A stretch of 64,000 bases of DNA from contig JBFJCP010000007.1 in NCBI GenBank assembly GCA_041615815.1, positions 72,048 to 136,047 of the forward strand, written 5' to 3'. Below, one piece after another: positions 21,935 to 34,948 of this stretch. This stretch comes from Gemmatimonadales bacterium (lineage in GTDB: Bacteria; Gemmatimonadota; Gemmatimonadetes; Gemmatimonadales; GWC2-71-9). The position numbers and the translations under genes were made by a program. A model generated the notes under the pieces. It saw nothing but the letters and a program-made list of their open reading frames with translations, did not search any database and was not told the DNA's origin. How positions within the stretch are numbered: position 1 is the first letter of the stretch; each line of letters begins with the position of its first letter.

Positions 21935-22975
21935 TTGCCCGAACTCATCGAAGTTCGGTTCAAGGGCAATCGCAAGGACTTTTTCACCTGGGAGCACGAC
22001 AATCCCCCAGCCGTAGGCGATATCGTCATCGTCGCCGTCGAGCGTGGCCAAGACCTGGGCCACATCTCAGCCGTCGGCACCGTCGCCCAAAAGAAATGCG
22101 GCATCGGCTGCGAGGGGTGCGCGCTCGCGAAGCCCAAAGAACCCGTCGGGAAGGTCATTCGAACCGCGTCTGGGGAGGACGCTCACCTCAGCGACGAACT
22201 CCGCAAGCGCGAAGAGGACGTGCGCCGCAAGGTGATGGAACGCGTGCGCGTACACAAACTCCCCATGAAGGTGACCGACACGGAATGGCAATGGGACCGG
22301 AAGAAACTCACCGTCTACTTCACGGCAGACCGGCGAGTCGATTTCCGGGCGTTGGTGCGCGATCTCGCCGCACTGTTCCGGACGCGCATCGAGCTGCGAC
22401 AGATCGGAGCCCGTGACGAGGCCAAACGCCTGGACGGCGTGGGCCGCTGCGGACGCCAGTATTGCTGCTCGTCGTGGCTCCCAGAGCTCCGCCCAGTCAG
22501 CCTCTCCCTCGCCAAGGATCAGCGGCTGTCACTCAATCCCTCACAAATCTCCGGCGGCTGTGGTCGTCTGCTGTGTTGTCTGCGGTACGAACACGACTTC
22601 TACGTGACCACCCGCAAGCGCTTCCCCAAGGAAGGAAAGACCCTGCGAACTGGTCAGGGACAGGAGCGCGTCGACGCCGTCGACATCTTTCGGGAGCGCG
22701 TCCTCCTCCGAGCCACGGACGGGTCGACGCGAAGCGTGACGCTGACGGAACTGAAGCACGAGGTGAAACCCGCCGGGCCCACTGCGCCGCAGCTCACGGA
22801 CCACCCGCCGTCGAGCCTCGTCACCTTCGACGAGTCCGCGACGCCCACAACGACCGCCGAGTTTGCTGCTGCGGTCACGCCGCCGAGTAAGAAGCGTCGA
22901 CGCCGTCGTCGTCGACGCCCGCGCAAACAGCGACCCAACGAATCCGGACCCGAAGGACAGGACCGTGACGAGTAA
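21935..22975 (+). CDS. ricT: PSP1-domain Fe-S protein (RicT/YaaT family)
   Basis: YFTADRRVDFRALVRDLA..RIELRQIGARDEAK, CGRQYCC, SGGCGRLLCCLRYE. Confidence 0.88.
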   Translation: MPELIEVRFKGNRKDFFTWEHDNPPAVGDIVIVAVERGQDLGHISAVGTVAQKKCGIGCEGCALAKPKEPVGKVIRTASGEDAHLSDELRKREEDVRRKVMERVRVHKLPMKVTDTEWQWDRKKLTVYFTADRRVDFRALVRDLAALFRTRIELRQIGARDEAKRLDGVGRCGRQYCCSSWLPELRPVSLSLAKDQRLSLNPSQISGGCGRLLCCLRYEHDFYVTTRKRFPKEGKTLRTGQGQERVDAVDIFRERVLLRATDGSTRSVTLTELKHEVKPAGPTAPQLTDHPPSSLVTFDESATPTTTAEFAAAVTPPSKKRRRRRRRRPRKQRPNESGPEGQDRDE

Positions 22976-24491
22976 GTTTTACATCACGACGGCGATCGAC
23001 TACTCGAACGGCGAACCCCATATCGGCCACGCGTACGAGAAGCTCGGCGCCGATTGTGTGGCCCGGTACCGCCGGCTCCGTGGCGATCGTGTCCACTTTT
23101 GCATCGGCATGGACGAGCACGGCCAAAACGTCGCGCAAGCGGCGGAGTCCCATGAGGCAGACCCCCAAGTGTGGGTCGACCAGATTGCGGCCAAGTTCCT
23201 TGCGGCATGGGACACCCTTTCCATCAGCAATACGGATTTCATCCGCACCACCGAGGACCGGCATCGCCGCTCGGTCGAAGAACTCGTCCGTCGGATCCAG
23301 CAGTCCGGGTACGTGAGCGAAGGTGTCTACGAGGGTTACTACTGCGTCGGCTGCGAGGCGTTCAAAGGCGACAAAGACCTGGAGAACGGGCGTTGCCCCC
23401 TGCACCCCACCCGCGAAATCCGATGGGTGGAGGAGCCCAACTTCTTCTTCGAGCTCGGGCGCTTCAAACACCGGCTCCTCGATCATTACGAGGCAAACCC
23501 GGACTTCGTCCAACCACGAGCCAAGCTCAACGAGGTGCGCAATGTCGTTGCCGGCTGGACCGAGGATCACAAGCTGTCCGTGAGCCGGGCGCGGGTCCCC
23601 TGGGGAATCCCCTGGCCGGGCGACCCTACACACACGGTCTATGTATGGTTCGACGCGCTGATCAACTACCTCTCGGCCACGGGGTTTCCGGAGACCGGGT
23701 ACGAGGCCATGTGGCCCGCCGACGTCCACGTGATCGGCCCGGATATCGTCCGCTTCCACGCCGCCATCTGGCCTGCCATGCTCATGGCGGCCGAAATCGA
23801 CATTCCGGGCCAGGTGTGGTGTCACGGGTGGGTGCTCACGGACGCCGGCCGCTTTTCGAAGTCCGCGGGCGTCCGGGTGGAGCTCGACGACGCAATCGCC
23901 AAATACGGCCCCGATGCGCTGCGGTACTTCCTCCTTCGAGAGGTACCGTGGCACTCCGATGGAACCTTCTCCTGGGAGCGGTTCGACGCTCGCTATACCG
24001 CCGAGTTGGCGGACGGCTACGGTAATCTGCTGAGCCGCGTGCTCGCCATGATCACCCGCTACACGGACGGCATCGTTCCGGAACGCGGCGATCCGACTTC
24101 CTTGGATCAGGCGGGGGACGAGACGGTTCAGGCATACCAGCAGGCCATGGATGCACAGCTCCTCCACGACGGGGCCGCCGCGGCCTGGGACCTCGTGAGT
24201 CGAGCGAATGGTTTCGTGGAGCAGACCGCGCCCTGGCAGCTGGCCAAAGACGGGGCGCGGGCCGAGGTGGAACGAACGCTGGGCGCACTCGCCCGCGCCT
24301 TGGTCCGTATCACAATCATGGCCTCGCCGTTCCTCCCGAACAAAAGCCAAAGCGCACTCGAAGCGCTGGGACTCGGTGCGGTGTGGCCACCACGTTGGGC
24401 GTCGCTCGAGCGGCCACCGGTTGCGGGCACGCGGATTACCAAGCCAGCACCCCTGTTTCCGAAGCCCGAAACGGGACCCGCGCGAGTGTGA
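22965..24491 (+). CDS. metG: Methionyl-tRNA synthetase (short form)
   Basis: FYITTAIDY.NG.PHIGH, CVGC..CPLH knuckle, YVWFDAL, RFSKS. Confidence 0.95.
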   Translation: MTSKFYITTAIDYSNGEPHIGHAYEKLGADCVARYRRLRGDRVHFCIGMDEHGQNVAQAAESHEADPQVWVDQIAAKFLAAWDTLSISNTDFIRTTEDRHRRSVEELVRRIQQSGYVSEGVYEGYYCVGCEAFKGDKDLENGRCPLHPTREIRWVEEPNFFFELGRFKHRLLDHYEANPDFVQPRAKLNEVRNVVAGWTEDHKLSVSRARVPWGIPWPGDPTHTVYVWFDALINYLSATGFPETGYEAMWPADVHVIGPDIVRFHAAIWPAMLMAAEIDIPGQVWCHGWVLTDAGRFSKSAGVRVELDDAIAKYGPDALRYFLLREVPWHSDGTFSWERFDARYTAELADGYGNLLSRVLAMITRYTDGIVPERGDPTSLDQAGDETVQAYQQAMDAQLLHDGAAAAWDLVSRANGFVEQTAPWQLAKDGARAEVERTLGALARALVRITIMASPFLPNKSQSALEALGLGAVWPPRWASLERPPVAGTRITKPAPLFPKPETGPARV

Positions 24492-24523
24492 CAAAGCTCA
24501 CCGGGACCCACCCACATAAGTGG

Positions 24524-24553
24524 TTGACAGGCCCGGACCTCGCCGGGTAGCTT
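24524..24553 (+). promoter_or_regulatory. Sigma-70-type promoter upstream of the M23 peptidase
   Basis: TTGACA-N18-TAGCTT. Confidence 0.55.
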
Positions 24554-24676
24554 AGCCTCCGCCGTCGGGCACACCAGGGTCGCGCCCTCCCCCAGGTGCA
24601 GTGCCGCCTGGCCGTCGTGTCTTTTAGGCGAAAGACGAAACGAGCAACACCTCAAGAAGATTGGGGAGCAGCTTCA

Positions 24677-25612
24677 ATGGCAGACAGGCGATGGACTGTG
24701 GTGGTAGTACCACACGGGCCTGGTGGGTCGAAGACCCTGCAGTTATCGCTCCGTGCAGTGAAAATCGTGGCTGGAATTGCTGCCACCCTCGTTCTGGCAG
24801 CTGCGGGTCTCGGCTTTACCATCGTCTACAAATCAGTCGACCTCTCCCGCCTGGAACGGCTCGAGCGCCGCAACCACGCACTGGTCGAAGAAATCAATCG
24901 CGCACACCTCTCCCTCACCGTTCTCCAAGACACCATCGAAGCCATCGCCGCTCGCGATCAGAAGATTCGCCTCCTGGCTGGACTCGATCCAATCGATTCC
25001 GACGTCCAGCAGGCCGGTATTGGCGGTCCCGGTGGACCGGTCACCGAGCGGGAGATTCTCCTCGGCGAGACGGCCTCCGGTCAGCGGGCGCTGGCGATGA
25101 GCATGGACCTCTCGTCCTTGGTGCGTCGGGCGAACTTGGTGGCGGCGTCGTTTGACGCTGTGGTGGACAGTCTCGAATCGCACAAGGCGACACTCGAACG
25201 AACACCATCGATCATGCCCACGATGGGCTGGCTCACCAGCCGGTTCTCACGGCAGCGCTTCCACCCCATCCATCACGAGTCCCGGCCCCATCAGGGTATC
25301 GACGTGGCGGCGCCGATTGGCACCCCGATCGTGGCCCCCGCCGACGGTCGGGTCATCGACGTGCGTGCTAAGGGCACGGGTGGCTATGGGATGATGCTCA
25401 CGATTGACCACGGTGGTGGAGTGGTCACCCGCTACGCGCATTGCTCCAAGATCTTGGTCAAGGTGGGGCAGCGCGTCCGGCGGAATGAAAAGATCGCCCT
25501 AGTGGGGAAGACCGGCCTGGCGACGGCACCCCACCTGCATTATGAGGTCATTCGGAATGGTCGACCTGTGGACCCCTGGACGTTCATCCTCCCGGACGTC
25601 ATCGTCGACTGA
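24677..25612 (+). CDS. M23 family metallo-endopeptidase
   Basis: TM plus coiled coil; HQGID, YAH, PHLHYEV. Confidence 0.93.
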   Translation: MADRRWTVVVVPHGPGGSKTLQLSLRAVKIVAGIAATLVLAAAGLGFTIVYKSVDLSRLERLERRNHALVEEINRAHLSLTVLQDTIEAIAARDQKIRLLAGLDPIDSDVQQAGIGGPGGPVTEREILLGETASGQRALAMSMDLSSLVRRANLVAASFDAVVDSLESHKATLERTPSIMPTMGWLTSRFSRQRFHPIHHESRPHQGIDVAAPIGTPIVAPADGRVIDVRAKGTGGYGMMLTIDHGGGVVTRYAHCSKILVKVGQRVRRNEKIALVGKTGLATAPHLHYEVIRNGRPVDPWTFILPDVIVD

Positions 25613-25638
25613 CCGAGACTTCAGTTCGTCTCCTCCCC

Positions 25639-25664
25639 AACTCCCCGCCCACAAGCGGGGAGTT
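25639..25664 (+). terminator. Hairpin, probable terminator
   Basis: AACTCCCCGC-CCACAA-GCGGGGAGTT downstream of the M23 gene. Confidence 0.5.
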
Positions 25665-25685
25665 CTGTATAGAAACGCGGCGGTG

Positions 25686-26453
25686 ATGACCCGCACACTC
25701 CACCTCCTGACCACCGTGACCGCCCTGCTGGGGCTGCAAGCGTGTGCCCGCGACGCTCACCCGACGCTCGTGGACGCGAGCTTGGGCGAGGGCGCACCCG
25801 CACCGGCTCTCGAGATCAGCTTTCTCCCGTTCGATCCGCAAGCGCTCCTGGATTCGCTCGCGAACGCGTCGGGAATCCCGCGCCCGGCCTTCGAGGCCCT
25901 CGAAGCGTCGCTGGCGGCCTACCGTGCACCCGATGAAGCGGCGCTCGCGGCCGCCGCGGCGCCGTGGCGCACGCTTCGGGACAGCCTGACCACCATCACC
26001 GACTCACTCAACACGCTGGCTCGGGGATCTCCCCCGTATGCCCGGTTGTTCCGACAGTTCCGACAGATGCAGCCGCGATTGGCACCCCTGGCCGCGCAGC
26101 GGGACAGCGCCGTCGGCGGGATCCTCGCCGAGCACCGCCGCCTGGCCGAACGGGCCACGACAGCCGCAGAATCCCTGCGGAGTTGGGAAGAGGTGGTCTA
26201 CGCGCCGTATCCGGAGGTTTCGGAGCTGGCACTGCGTCGCGAAGGCCGCAGTGCCGTGGCCATCGAGACCGATAGCACCGGCGCGGCGGAAATCCACCTT
26301 GAGCGTGGACGATGGTGGGCGGTGGCCCGCGTGCCCGATCCCGAGAACCCGTTTCTCGAGTACGCCTGGACCGTTCCGTTCACGGTAACCGGTTGGCTTC
26401 CAGTGCAGCTCCCGCTCATGCCCCGGAACGCTCGGCGACGGTGGCGACATTAG
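25686..26453 (+). CDS. Hypothetical lipoprotein
   Basis: Lipobox LQAC; helical/coiled-coil middle. Confidence 0.65.
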   Translation: MTRTLHLLTTVTALLGLQACARDAHPTLVDASLGEGAPAPALEISFLPFDPQALLDSLANASGIPRPAFEALEASLAAYRAPDEAALAAAAAPWRTLRDSLTTITDSLNTLARGSPPYARLFRQFRQMQPRLAPLAAQRDSAVGGILAEHRRLAERATTAAESLRSWEEVVYAPYPEVSELALRREGRSAVAIETDSTGAAEIHLERGRWWAVARVPDPENPFLEYAWTVPFTVTGWLPVQLPLMPRNARRRWRH

Positions 26454-26530
26454 GGGTGGGGAGCACGGGAACCCCCGACTCGGGATCTCATTGGTATATT
26501 GAACGTTCGGCGTAACGCAATGGAGGAGGA

Positions 26531-27244
26531 GTGCCGAATATGAAGCTGGTGGGCATGCTGGTCGTCGCCGTCGCGGCGGGAGCCGGTGTGGCGTGGACGG
26601 TGGCCATGCGTGGTGGCGCCGTGGACTCGGCCGCGCAGGGGACGGCCCCGGACTCGGGATCCCCGCAGACCGTCACGGAACAGGACCTCCTCCTGGATGC
26701 CCGCACCAAAGGCTCCAAGTCAGCTCCAATCACGATCTACGAGGCGAGCGACTTCCAATGCCCCTATTGCCGCCAGTTCTGGGAGCAGACGCTTCCGGAG
26801 CTCGAGCGCGACTACATCCGCACTGGCAAAGTGCGGTTCATCTTTTTGAATCTCCCGCTGACGCAGATCCATGGGAACGCTGCCGCGGCGCACGAACTCG
26901 CCATGTGCGCGGCCAGACAAGATCAGTTCTGGCCCGTGCACGATCTCCTGTACCGGCATCAGGCACGGTGGGCGCAGATGGAGGATCCGTCATTCTACTT
27001 CATCGCCCTCGGCGACTCGGCGCAGCTCTCCCGCGATCGGCTCCGGGAGTGCTTCGACTCAGGGAGTGTCCGGTGGCTGATTGAGGCTGAGGCCCAGATG
27101 AACTGGCGGTCTGGCATCACGAGCACACCATCCTTCATCATCGAGGGTGCGTTGCTCGGTGGCGCGGCACCGATGGACATCTGGCGCCCCATCCTCGACT
27201 CGATCTACACCGAGAAGACCAAGACCGTTGATGGCGCCAAGTAG
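26531..27244 (+). CDS. DsbA/thioredoxin-fold protein
   Basis: SDFQCPYC, GITSTPSF; GGAGGAG RBS. Confidence 0.9.
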   Translation: MPNMKLVGMLVVAVAAGAGVAWTVAMRGGAVDSAAQGTAPDSGSPQTVTEQDLLLDARTKGSKSAPITIYEASDFQCPYCRQFWEQTLPELERDYIRTGKVRFIFLNLPLTQIHGNAAAAHELAMCAARQDQFWPVHDLLYRHQARWAQMEDPSFYFIALGDSAQLSRDRLRECFDSGSVRWLIEAEAQMNWRSGITSTPSFIIEGALLGGAAPMDIWRPILDSIYTEKTKTVDGAK

Positions 27245-27303
27245 GTTTGGGACTGACGCCGGAGAGACCGCTGGGAAACAGTAGCGACAACAGAACCAGC
27301 GGG

Positions 27304-28044
27304 CTACGTCACTCCCACCAAGGTCAAGGCCACGTCATAGAGCGCGTGCGTCCAGGCAGCGATGCCAAAGCCCCGCACCACGTACAAGCCGCTTAGCAGC
27401 AGGCCGGCGATCGTTCGGAACGTGAACGACGGCACGGCGAAGGGGTCGCCGAGCGGGCCAATATAGTGAAAGCTGCTGAAGATGAGGGCGCTCACCACTA
27501 CGGCCGTTCCGAACGCCACCTCGCGCCGCCACCCCAACCAGAGCCCGAGCGCCGCGATGCCGGACACGAGAATCACACGAAACAAGAGCTCCTCGTAGAT
27601 CCCGGCTCCAAGGGAAACGACCAGCTGGGTACCCAGTGGCAGCGATGTCACCGGTGCCTGCACCACTCGAGACAGTGCACCCGTGAGCAGCCAACGCGTC
27701 AACATCGCCACCACCTGACCGAACAGCGCGGCATACACGAGACTCTCGGCAAACATCCCGAGGAATACGCGCCCCGCCAAGCGCCCACCACGGCGACGCT
27801 GATCCTGCCACACGACCCACGCACCAATCGCGATCAGGACGACGCCGAAGGCCACGAGCCCTCCGCGCCCTCCCAAGGAGACAAACAGCGTCTTGAGCAG
27901 CACATCGGCTCCGTTCCGAACACCGGCGAACGCAGAATGCGACATGGCCGCGGCCAGCCCCTCGTACAAAAGGAGCAACGGCGCCGCGAACAGCACGCTG
28001 TAGCGCGGCTGTCGGCTGAGCGCGTAGTACTGTTGTGGCGACAT
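27304..28044 (-). CDS. CPBP (Abi/Rce1-like) intramembrane protease
   Basis: YEELLFR, FSSFHY, HALYD motifs; multiple TMs. Confidence 0.88.
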   Translation of the reverse strand: MSPQQYYALSRQPRYSVLFAAPLLLLYEGLAAAMSHSAFAGVRNGADVLLKTLFVSLGGRGGLVAFGVVLIAIGAWVVWQDQRRRGGRLAGRVFLGMFAESLVYAALFGQVVAMLTRWLLTGALSRVVQAPVTSLPLGTQLVVSLGAGIYEELLFRVILVSGIAALGLWLGWRREVAFGTAVVVSALIFSSFHYIGPLGDPFAVPSFTFRTIAGLLLSGLYVVRGFGIAAWTHALYDVALTLVGVT

Positions 28045-28070
28045 CGCTCCTAACCTACCACATTCGCGTC

Positions 28071-29321
28071 ATGTCCAGTTTCCCAGCTCTGTACCGCGTC
28101 GCGGCACGGATGGTCCATCGGACCCCACTCGGCAGCGGCAAGGTCGGACAAAGCGTTGCTGGCCGGAAGGGAGCCGCCGCCCGGTGGGCTCGATGGGCAG
28201 CCTCGAGAGGGCAGCGCGAACCAACGGTGTGGGTACATGCCGCGTCCGTCGGTGAGGCGCAAACGGCCGCGCCGGTGATGCAGCGGCTCCGCGTGGCGCG
28301 CCCCGGCCTGGAATGGGTCCTCTCGTGCTCGTCACCATCCCTTGCTGCCTGGCCCGACGCGTTCGGTGCCGTCCATCGAGACTACGCACCGCTCGACGAA
28401 CCCCGGGAAGTCCGGCAAGCACTCGAGACCGTGAAGCCATCGCTCGTGATCTTTGCCCGGGGCGATCTCTGGCCAGAACTGGTGCAAGGGGCCGCGAGTG
28501 GCGGTAGACCGGTGGCGGTCATCGGAGCGACCGTGCGACCCGGGAGCCAACGGCTGCGGTGGCCGCTGCGCGGACTCGCGACATATGTGTCGAGCCAGAT
28601 CACGTGGGTGGGGGCGGTTTCCGACGCGGACGCCAACCGGTGGGCGCGGCTCGGCGTGGCTCCCGATCGTTTGTCCGTGACGGGTGACCCACGCCACGAC
28701 GCAATCCTCGAGCGCGTCTGCAACACCGATGCCTTGTGCCCGCTTTTCGGTTGGCGGGATCGGCGCACTGTCCTCGTCGCCGGGAGCGTCGAGTCCGCCG
28801 ATGACACCCCACTGTTGCATGCCGCCGCGAGGGTATTGGGAGCCCACCCCGCATCCGCGATGCTTCTCGTCCCCCACGAGACGTCCACGCATCGAATCGA
28901 CCAGCTCGAGATGAGGCTCTCCCACATGGGGCTGGCGCCCGCGATCTGGCGACCGGGTGAAGCGACTCCCGCCGAGCGCTGCGTGATCGTCGAGGCACGC
29001 GGGCTGCTCGGTGATCTGTATGCGGTCGGAGATCTTGCGTATGTGGGCGGCGGCTATCGTCGTGGGCGGCTGCATGCCGTGATGGAGCCGGCCGCGTACG
29101 GTGTTCCCGTGTTGTTTGGGAACGCGGCGGCCCAGCCCACCGATGGCGAGCGCCTGGTGGCTGCTGGTGGAGCACAGGCCTGTGGGCCCTCCGAACTCGC
29201 GGATGTGTGGGGATACTTCGTTGGGGACGCGGACAGTCGGAAGCGCGCGGGGTTGGCGGCCCGAGCCAGTCTCCACGAGGGCGGCGCTGCGCGAACGGCT
29301 CGGTCGCTGCTTGCGCTTTGA
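28071..29321 (+). CDS. waaA: Kdo transferase
   Basis: WVHAASVGE, DLWP, TGDPRHD, LLVPHE, YVGGG...HAVMEPA. Confidence 0.85.
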   Translation: MSSFPALYRVAARMVHRTPLGSGKVGQSVAGRKGAAARWARWAASRGQREPTVWVHAASVGEAQTAAPVMQRLRVARPGLEWVLSCSSPSLAAWPDAFGAVHRDYAPLDEPREVRQALETVKPSLVIFARGDLWPELVQGAASGGRPVAVIGATVRPGSQRLRWPLRGLATYVSSQITWVGAVSDADANRWARLGVAPDRLSVTGDPRHDAILERVCNTDALCPLFGWRDRRTVLVAGSVESADDTPLLHAAARVLGAHPASAMLLVPHETSTHRIDQLEMRLSHMGLAPAIWRPGEATPAERCVIVEARGLLGDLYAVGDLAYVGGGYRRGRLHAVMEPAAYGVPVLFGNAAAQPTDGERLVAAGGAQACGPSELADVWGYFVGDADSRKRAGLAARASLHEGGAARTARSLLAL

Positions 29322-29396
29322 TAGCACGAACGCCGAGCGGGGCACCGCTTGGGCACCCCGCTCCGTGCTACAGTCATCCGTGGCTCGCTGCTCGCC

Positions 29397-30068
29397 TTAC
29401 TTGACGATGCCTCCAGGTATCAGCCCCGGAATCGTTATCCGGTAATGCAGACCCGCGCCAATGGTGAGGGCATCGAGGTCGAAGTCGCTGACCCTCAGAT
29501 AGTCGACGGCCAGATGAAAGCCAAGACCGGTCGGCAACGTCACGTTGAGGCCGGCCGACATCCCATACCCCAGCTCGGTCACGGACGTACCGTTACTGAG
29601 CCTCATGAGGTGTATGCGAGGCGCGATCCAGGGCTCGACATCCAGGATGGGGGCCGGCACGTTGAAGGCCACGCCTACTCCGATAGGGATGTCCAGCTCG
29701 GTCATGCCTTCGAAGTCGAACACACCCACGCCACCCTGTACATTCACCGAGACCGGCACGAGTGGGAGGTCGAGGATGTTGAGCGCCACGGCTCCGCCAA
29801 TCGTCACCTCGCTTGCACCGTCGGCGAATGCGAACCCCACACCGCCCATCAAACTCACGGGTCCGAGTCCGAGGATGGCCCGCCCGCCGGCGAAGTTGAA
29901 ATTGTCGCGATCCGAAAAACCTCTCGCGTAATCGCCGTTCAAGCTGAGCCCGGTACCGTGACTCGGTGAGTAGTACACCGGGTTGTTAAAGAGCTGCGCC
30001 TGCGCAGCACTGGTCTCCAGCAGCAGTCCCAGCCCCGCGAGCATCACAATCATGAGAGCCGTCCGCAT
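29397..30068 (-). CDS. Hypothetical outer-membrane beta-barrel protein
   Basis: Signal peptide (AQA-Q), Gly-rich amphipathic strands; start 30068 or 30089. Confidence 0.65.
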   Translation of the reverse strand: MRTALMIVMLAGLGLLLETSAAQAQLFNNPVYYSPSHGTGLSLNGDYARGFSDRDNFNFAGGRAILGLGPVSLMGGVGFAFADGASEVTIGGAVALNILDLPLVPVSVNVQGGVGVFDFEGMTELDIPIGVGVAFNVPAPILDVEPWIAPRIHLMRLSNGTSVTELGYGMSAGLNVTLPTGLGFHLAVDYLRVSDFDLDALTIGAGLHYRITIPGLIPGGIVK

Positions 30069-30116
30069 GATCGACTCCTTGTTGCGCATTGTGACGGTGA
30101 GTACTCCCGCAATCGC

Positions 30117-30746
30117 TCAGCGAATCCAGACCGCGCTGAGCGCTATTCCTTCCAGATCGCCGATCCCGACGCTGATCCGCGCGTCGAAGTGGCGACTCAG
30201 TCGAAAATCTCCACCGAACCCGAAGGCGAACCCGACATCCCCATCGAACCCGCCGGCTGGATCGTCCCGAAAGGTCAGAAAGGCGGTTGGTTGGACGTAG
30301 GGCACGATGCTCACATCGGAATCTTCCACGTTGAGCCGCCGGCCCAACGCGAGTCCTCCCGGGATGATCAAAACCGACGCGTCGGAAACGAGCTGGGCGC
30401 CGGCACCGATGATGACCGCTCCGTCAAGCGGGAAGTCGACACTGTGGGTGATGACACGATTCCGAAATGTTGCCCCGAGGAGTATGCGGCTGTCGCCCAC
30501 CCCGTCGGGATCAAACAGACCGCCGCGAATCCCGATGTCCCAGGTTCCGGTTCCGAACCGATATTGCCCCTCGAGTCCGAGGCCGTCCGGTCCCTCCGAT
30601 GCAAAGCTCAACGTGCCGCCAAACTCATGATGATCGAACGCGCGATACGGCGCATTGAAGCTCGGCATGCCCGTCGACTGGGCCCCGATTGGACCGGCGG
30701 CGACCATGCTGAGCAGCGCCACGAACACGACGATACTACGCGACAT
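30117..30746 (-). CDS. Hypothetical outer-membrane beta-barrel protein
   Basis: Signal peptide, amphipathic strands; start overlaps atpC end. Confidence 0.65.
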   Translation of the reverse strand: MSRSIVVFVALLSMVAAGPIGAQSTGMPSFNAPYRAFDHHEFGGTLSFASEGPDGLGLEGQYRFGTGTWDIGIRGGLFDPDGVGDSRILLGATFRNRVITHSVDFPLDGAVIIGAGAQLVSDASVLIIPGGLALGRRLNVEDSDVSIVPYVQPTAFLTFRDDPAGGFDGDVGFAFGFGGDFRLSRHFDARISVGIGDLEGIALSAVWIR

Positions 30747-31007
30747 GTGTCTCTCCTTCGGGGCGCTGGGCGTATTCGGCGACGACGCGGACGGCGTCCT
30801 GCACCACCTGCAAAAAACCACCACGGACACCGATCTCGTGGACGGTCTCGTCTTCGCCTCGAATCTTCAGGGTTCCCTTGCCCAGGAGCGTCATAAACGG
30901 CGCGTGCCGCGGGAGGATACCCACGTCACCGTCGTACGCCGGGACGATCACACTTTGGGCCGGGCCCTCAAATACGGAGCCCGCCGGTGAAATCACCGTG
31001 ACGTGCA

Positions 31008-31008
<1 letters not shown>
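30736..31008 (-). CDS. atpC: ATP synthase F1 epsilon (short form)
   Basis: VISP...GDVGILPRHAP...GGFLQV; TGATG coupling with atpD. Confidence 0.92.
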
Positions 31009-33370
<2,362 letters not shown>

Positions 33371-33376
33371 GGTGGT

Positions 33377-34912
33377 CTACTTCAGCGCCTTGAACCCATC
33401 GATGGCCTCGCGTAATGCCGCCGTCAATTCGTCGTCCAGGGTCCGCTGGGTACGAATGGCCGTGAGGAGCTTCTCGTGTTTGGCCCGGAGGAATTGGTGG
33501 AAGTCTTTCTCCCACTCTTTCACCTTGCCGGGCTCGACGTCATCGAGATGCCCATTGGTCACCGCATATATGATGGCGATTTGATTCACCACGGGCATTG
33601 GTGCGTACTGCCCCTGTTTCAGAACCTCCACGATCCGCGCGCCTCGCGCCAGTTGGCGCTGCGTGGCCTGATCCAGATCGGACCCGAACTGTGCGAAGGC
33701 TTCGAGCTCGCGATACTGGGCGTACTCAAGCCGCAACCGGCCGGCCACCGTCTTCATCGCTTTGATCTGAGCATTACCGCCCACCCGCGACACAGAGATT
33801 CCCGGGTTGATGGCGGGGCGCACGTTGGCGTAGAACAGATCCGCCTCGAGATAGATCTGTCCATCCGTGATCGAGATGACGTTAGTCGGGATGTACGCCG
33901 ACACGTCGCCAGCCTGAGTCTCGATGACGGGCAACGCTGTCAACGAACCGCCACCTTTGGCATCCGACAGCTTGGCGGCCCGCTCGAGCAGGCGGGAGTG
34001 GAGGTAAAACACGTCCCCGGGGTACGCCTCTCGCCCTGGTGGACGACGCAGAACCAGCGAGAGCTGCCGGTAGGCTTGCGCGTGCTTGGACAGATCGTCG
34101 TACACGCAGAGCGTGTGACCGCCCTTCTCGTACATGAAGTATTCGGCCATCGTGCATCCGGCATACGGCGCAATGAACTGGAGCGGCGCCGGATCCGCGG
34201 CCCCTGCCACGACGACGATGGAGTAATCCATCGCGCCCTGCTGCTTGAGCCGCTCCACGACCGCCGCCACCGTCGAGTTCTTCTGGCCAATCGCGACGTA
34301 CACGCAAATGACGTCGCCACCCTTCTGATTGATGATGGTGTCGATGGCGATCGCCGTCTTCCCGATTCCCCGATCTCCGATGATGAGCTCGCGTTGACCA
34401 CGCCCGATGGGAATCATCGAGTCCACAGCCTTGAGCCCGGTCTGCAGCGGCTCCTTCACGGGCTGTCGCCACACGATGCCCGGTGCTTCAGATTCGATCT
34501 TGCGGTACGCGTCCGTTTTGATGGGACCGAGCCCGTCAAGCGGCCGCCCCAAGGGATCCACCACGCGCCCCACCATCGCCTCGCCAACCGGCACTTCCAA
34601 CACCCGTCCCGTGCGTCGAACCTCGTCGCCCTCCCGCAGCTGCAGATAGTCCCCGAGAATGACCGCGCCGAGGTTGTCTTCCTCCAAGTTGAGCGCCAAG
34701 CCGGTCACGGTCTCGCCGGAATCGGACGCCGTGAACTCGAGCATCTCCCCGGCCATGGCCGACAACAGCCCGTAGACACGCGCCGTTCCGTCCTTCACCT
34801 CCAGCACGGTGCCCACTTCACGCGTGTCCAACGCCTCGAGCTCGGCGGCCTCGATCTCTTTCAGGAGGACGTCTTTCAGCTCGCCAGGACGGAGAATGGA
34901 TTCGGTAGCCAT
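33377..34912 (-). CDS. atpA: ATP synthase F1 alpha
   Basis: [38 protein letters not shown]. Confidence 0.98.
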   Translation of the reverse strand: MATESILRPGELKDVLLKEIEAAELEALDTREVGTVLEVKDGTARVYGLLSAMAGEMLEFTASDSGETVTGLALNLEEDNLGAVILGDYLQLREGDEVRRTGRVLEVPVGEAMVGRVVDPLGRPLDGLGPIKTDAYRKIESEAPGIVWRQPVKEPLQTGLKAVDSMIPIGRGQRELIIGDRGIGKTAIAIDTIINQKGGDVICVYVAIGQKNSTVAAVVERLKQQGAMDYSIVVVAGAADPAPLQFIAPYAGCTMAEYFMYEKGGHTLCVYDDLSKHAQAYRQLSLVLRRPPGREAYPGDVFYLHSRLLERAAKLSDAKGGGSLTALPVIETQAGDVSAYIPTNVISITDGQIYLEADLFYANVRPAINPGISVSRVGGNAQIKAMKTVAGRLRLEYAQYRELEAFAQFGSDLDQATQRQLARGARIVEVLKQGQYAPMPVVNQIAIIYAVTNGHLDDVEPGKVKEWEKDFHQFLRAKHEKLLTAIRTQRTLDDELTAALREAIDGFKALK

Positions 34913-34948
34913 ACGCTTTTCTGAGACCGGTTTGGGGGTGGTTCAAAG

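Noticed and set aside
22875..24494. 539-aa minus-strand ORF, and similar long ORFs at 10225-11643, 31089-32357, 33476-34924 and 54964-56682
   Set aside because: Antisense shadows of well-supported genes; expected in high-GC DNA; no recognisable motifs.
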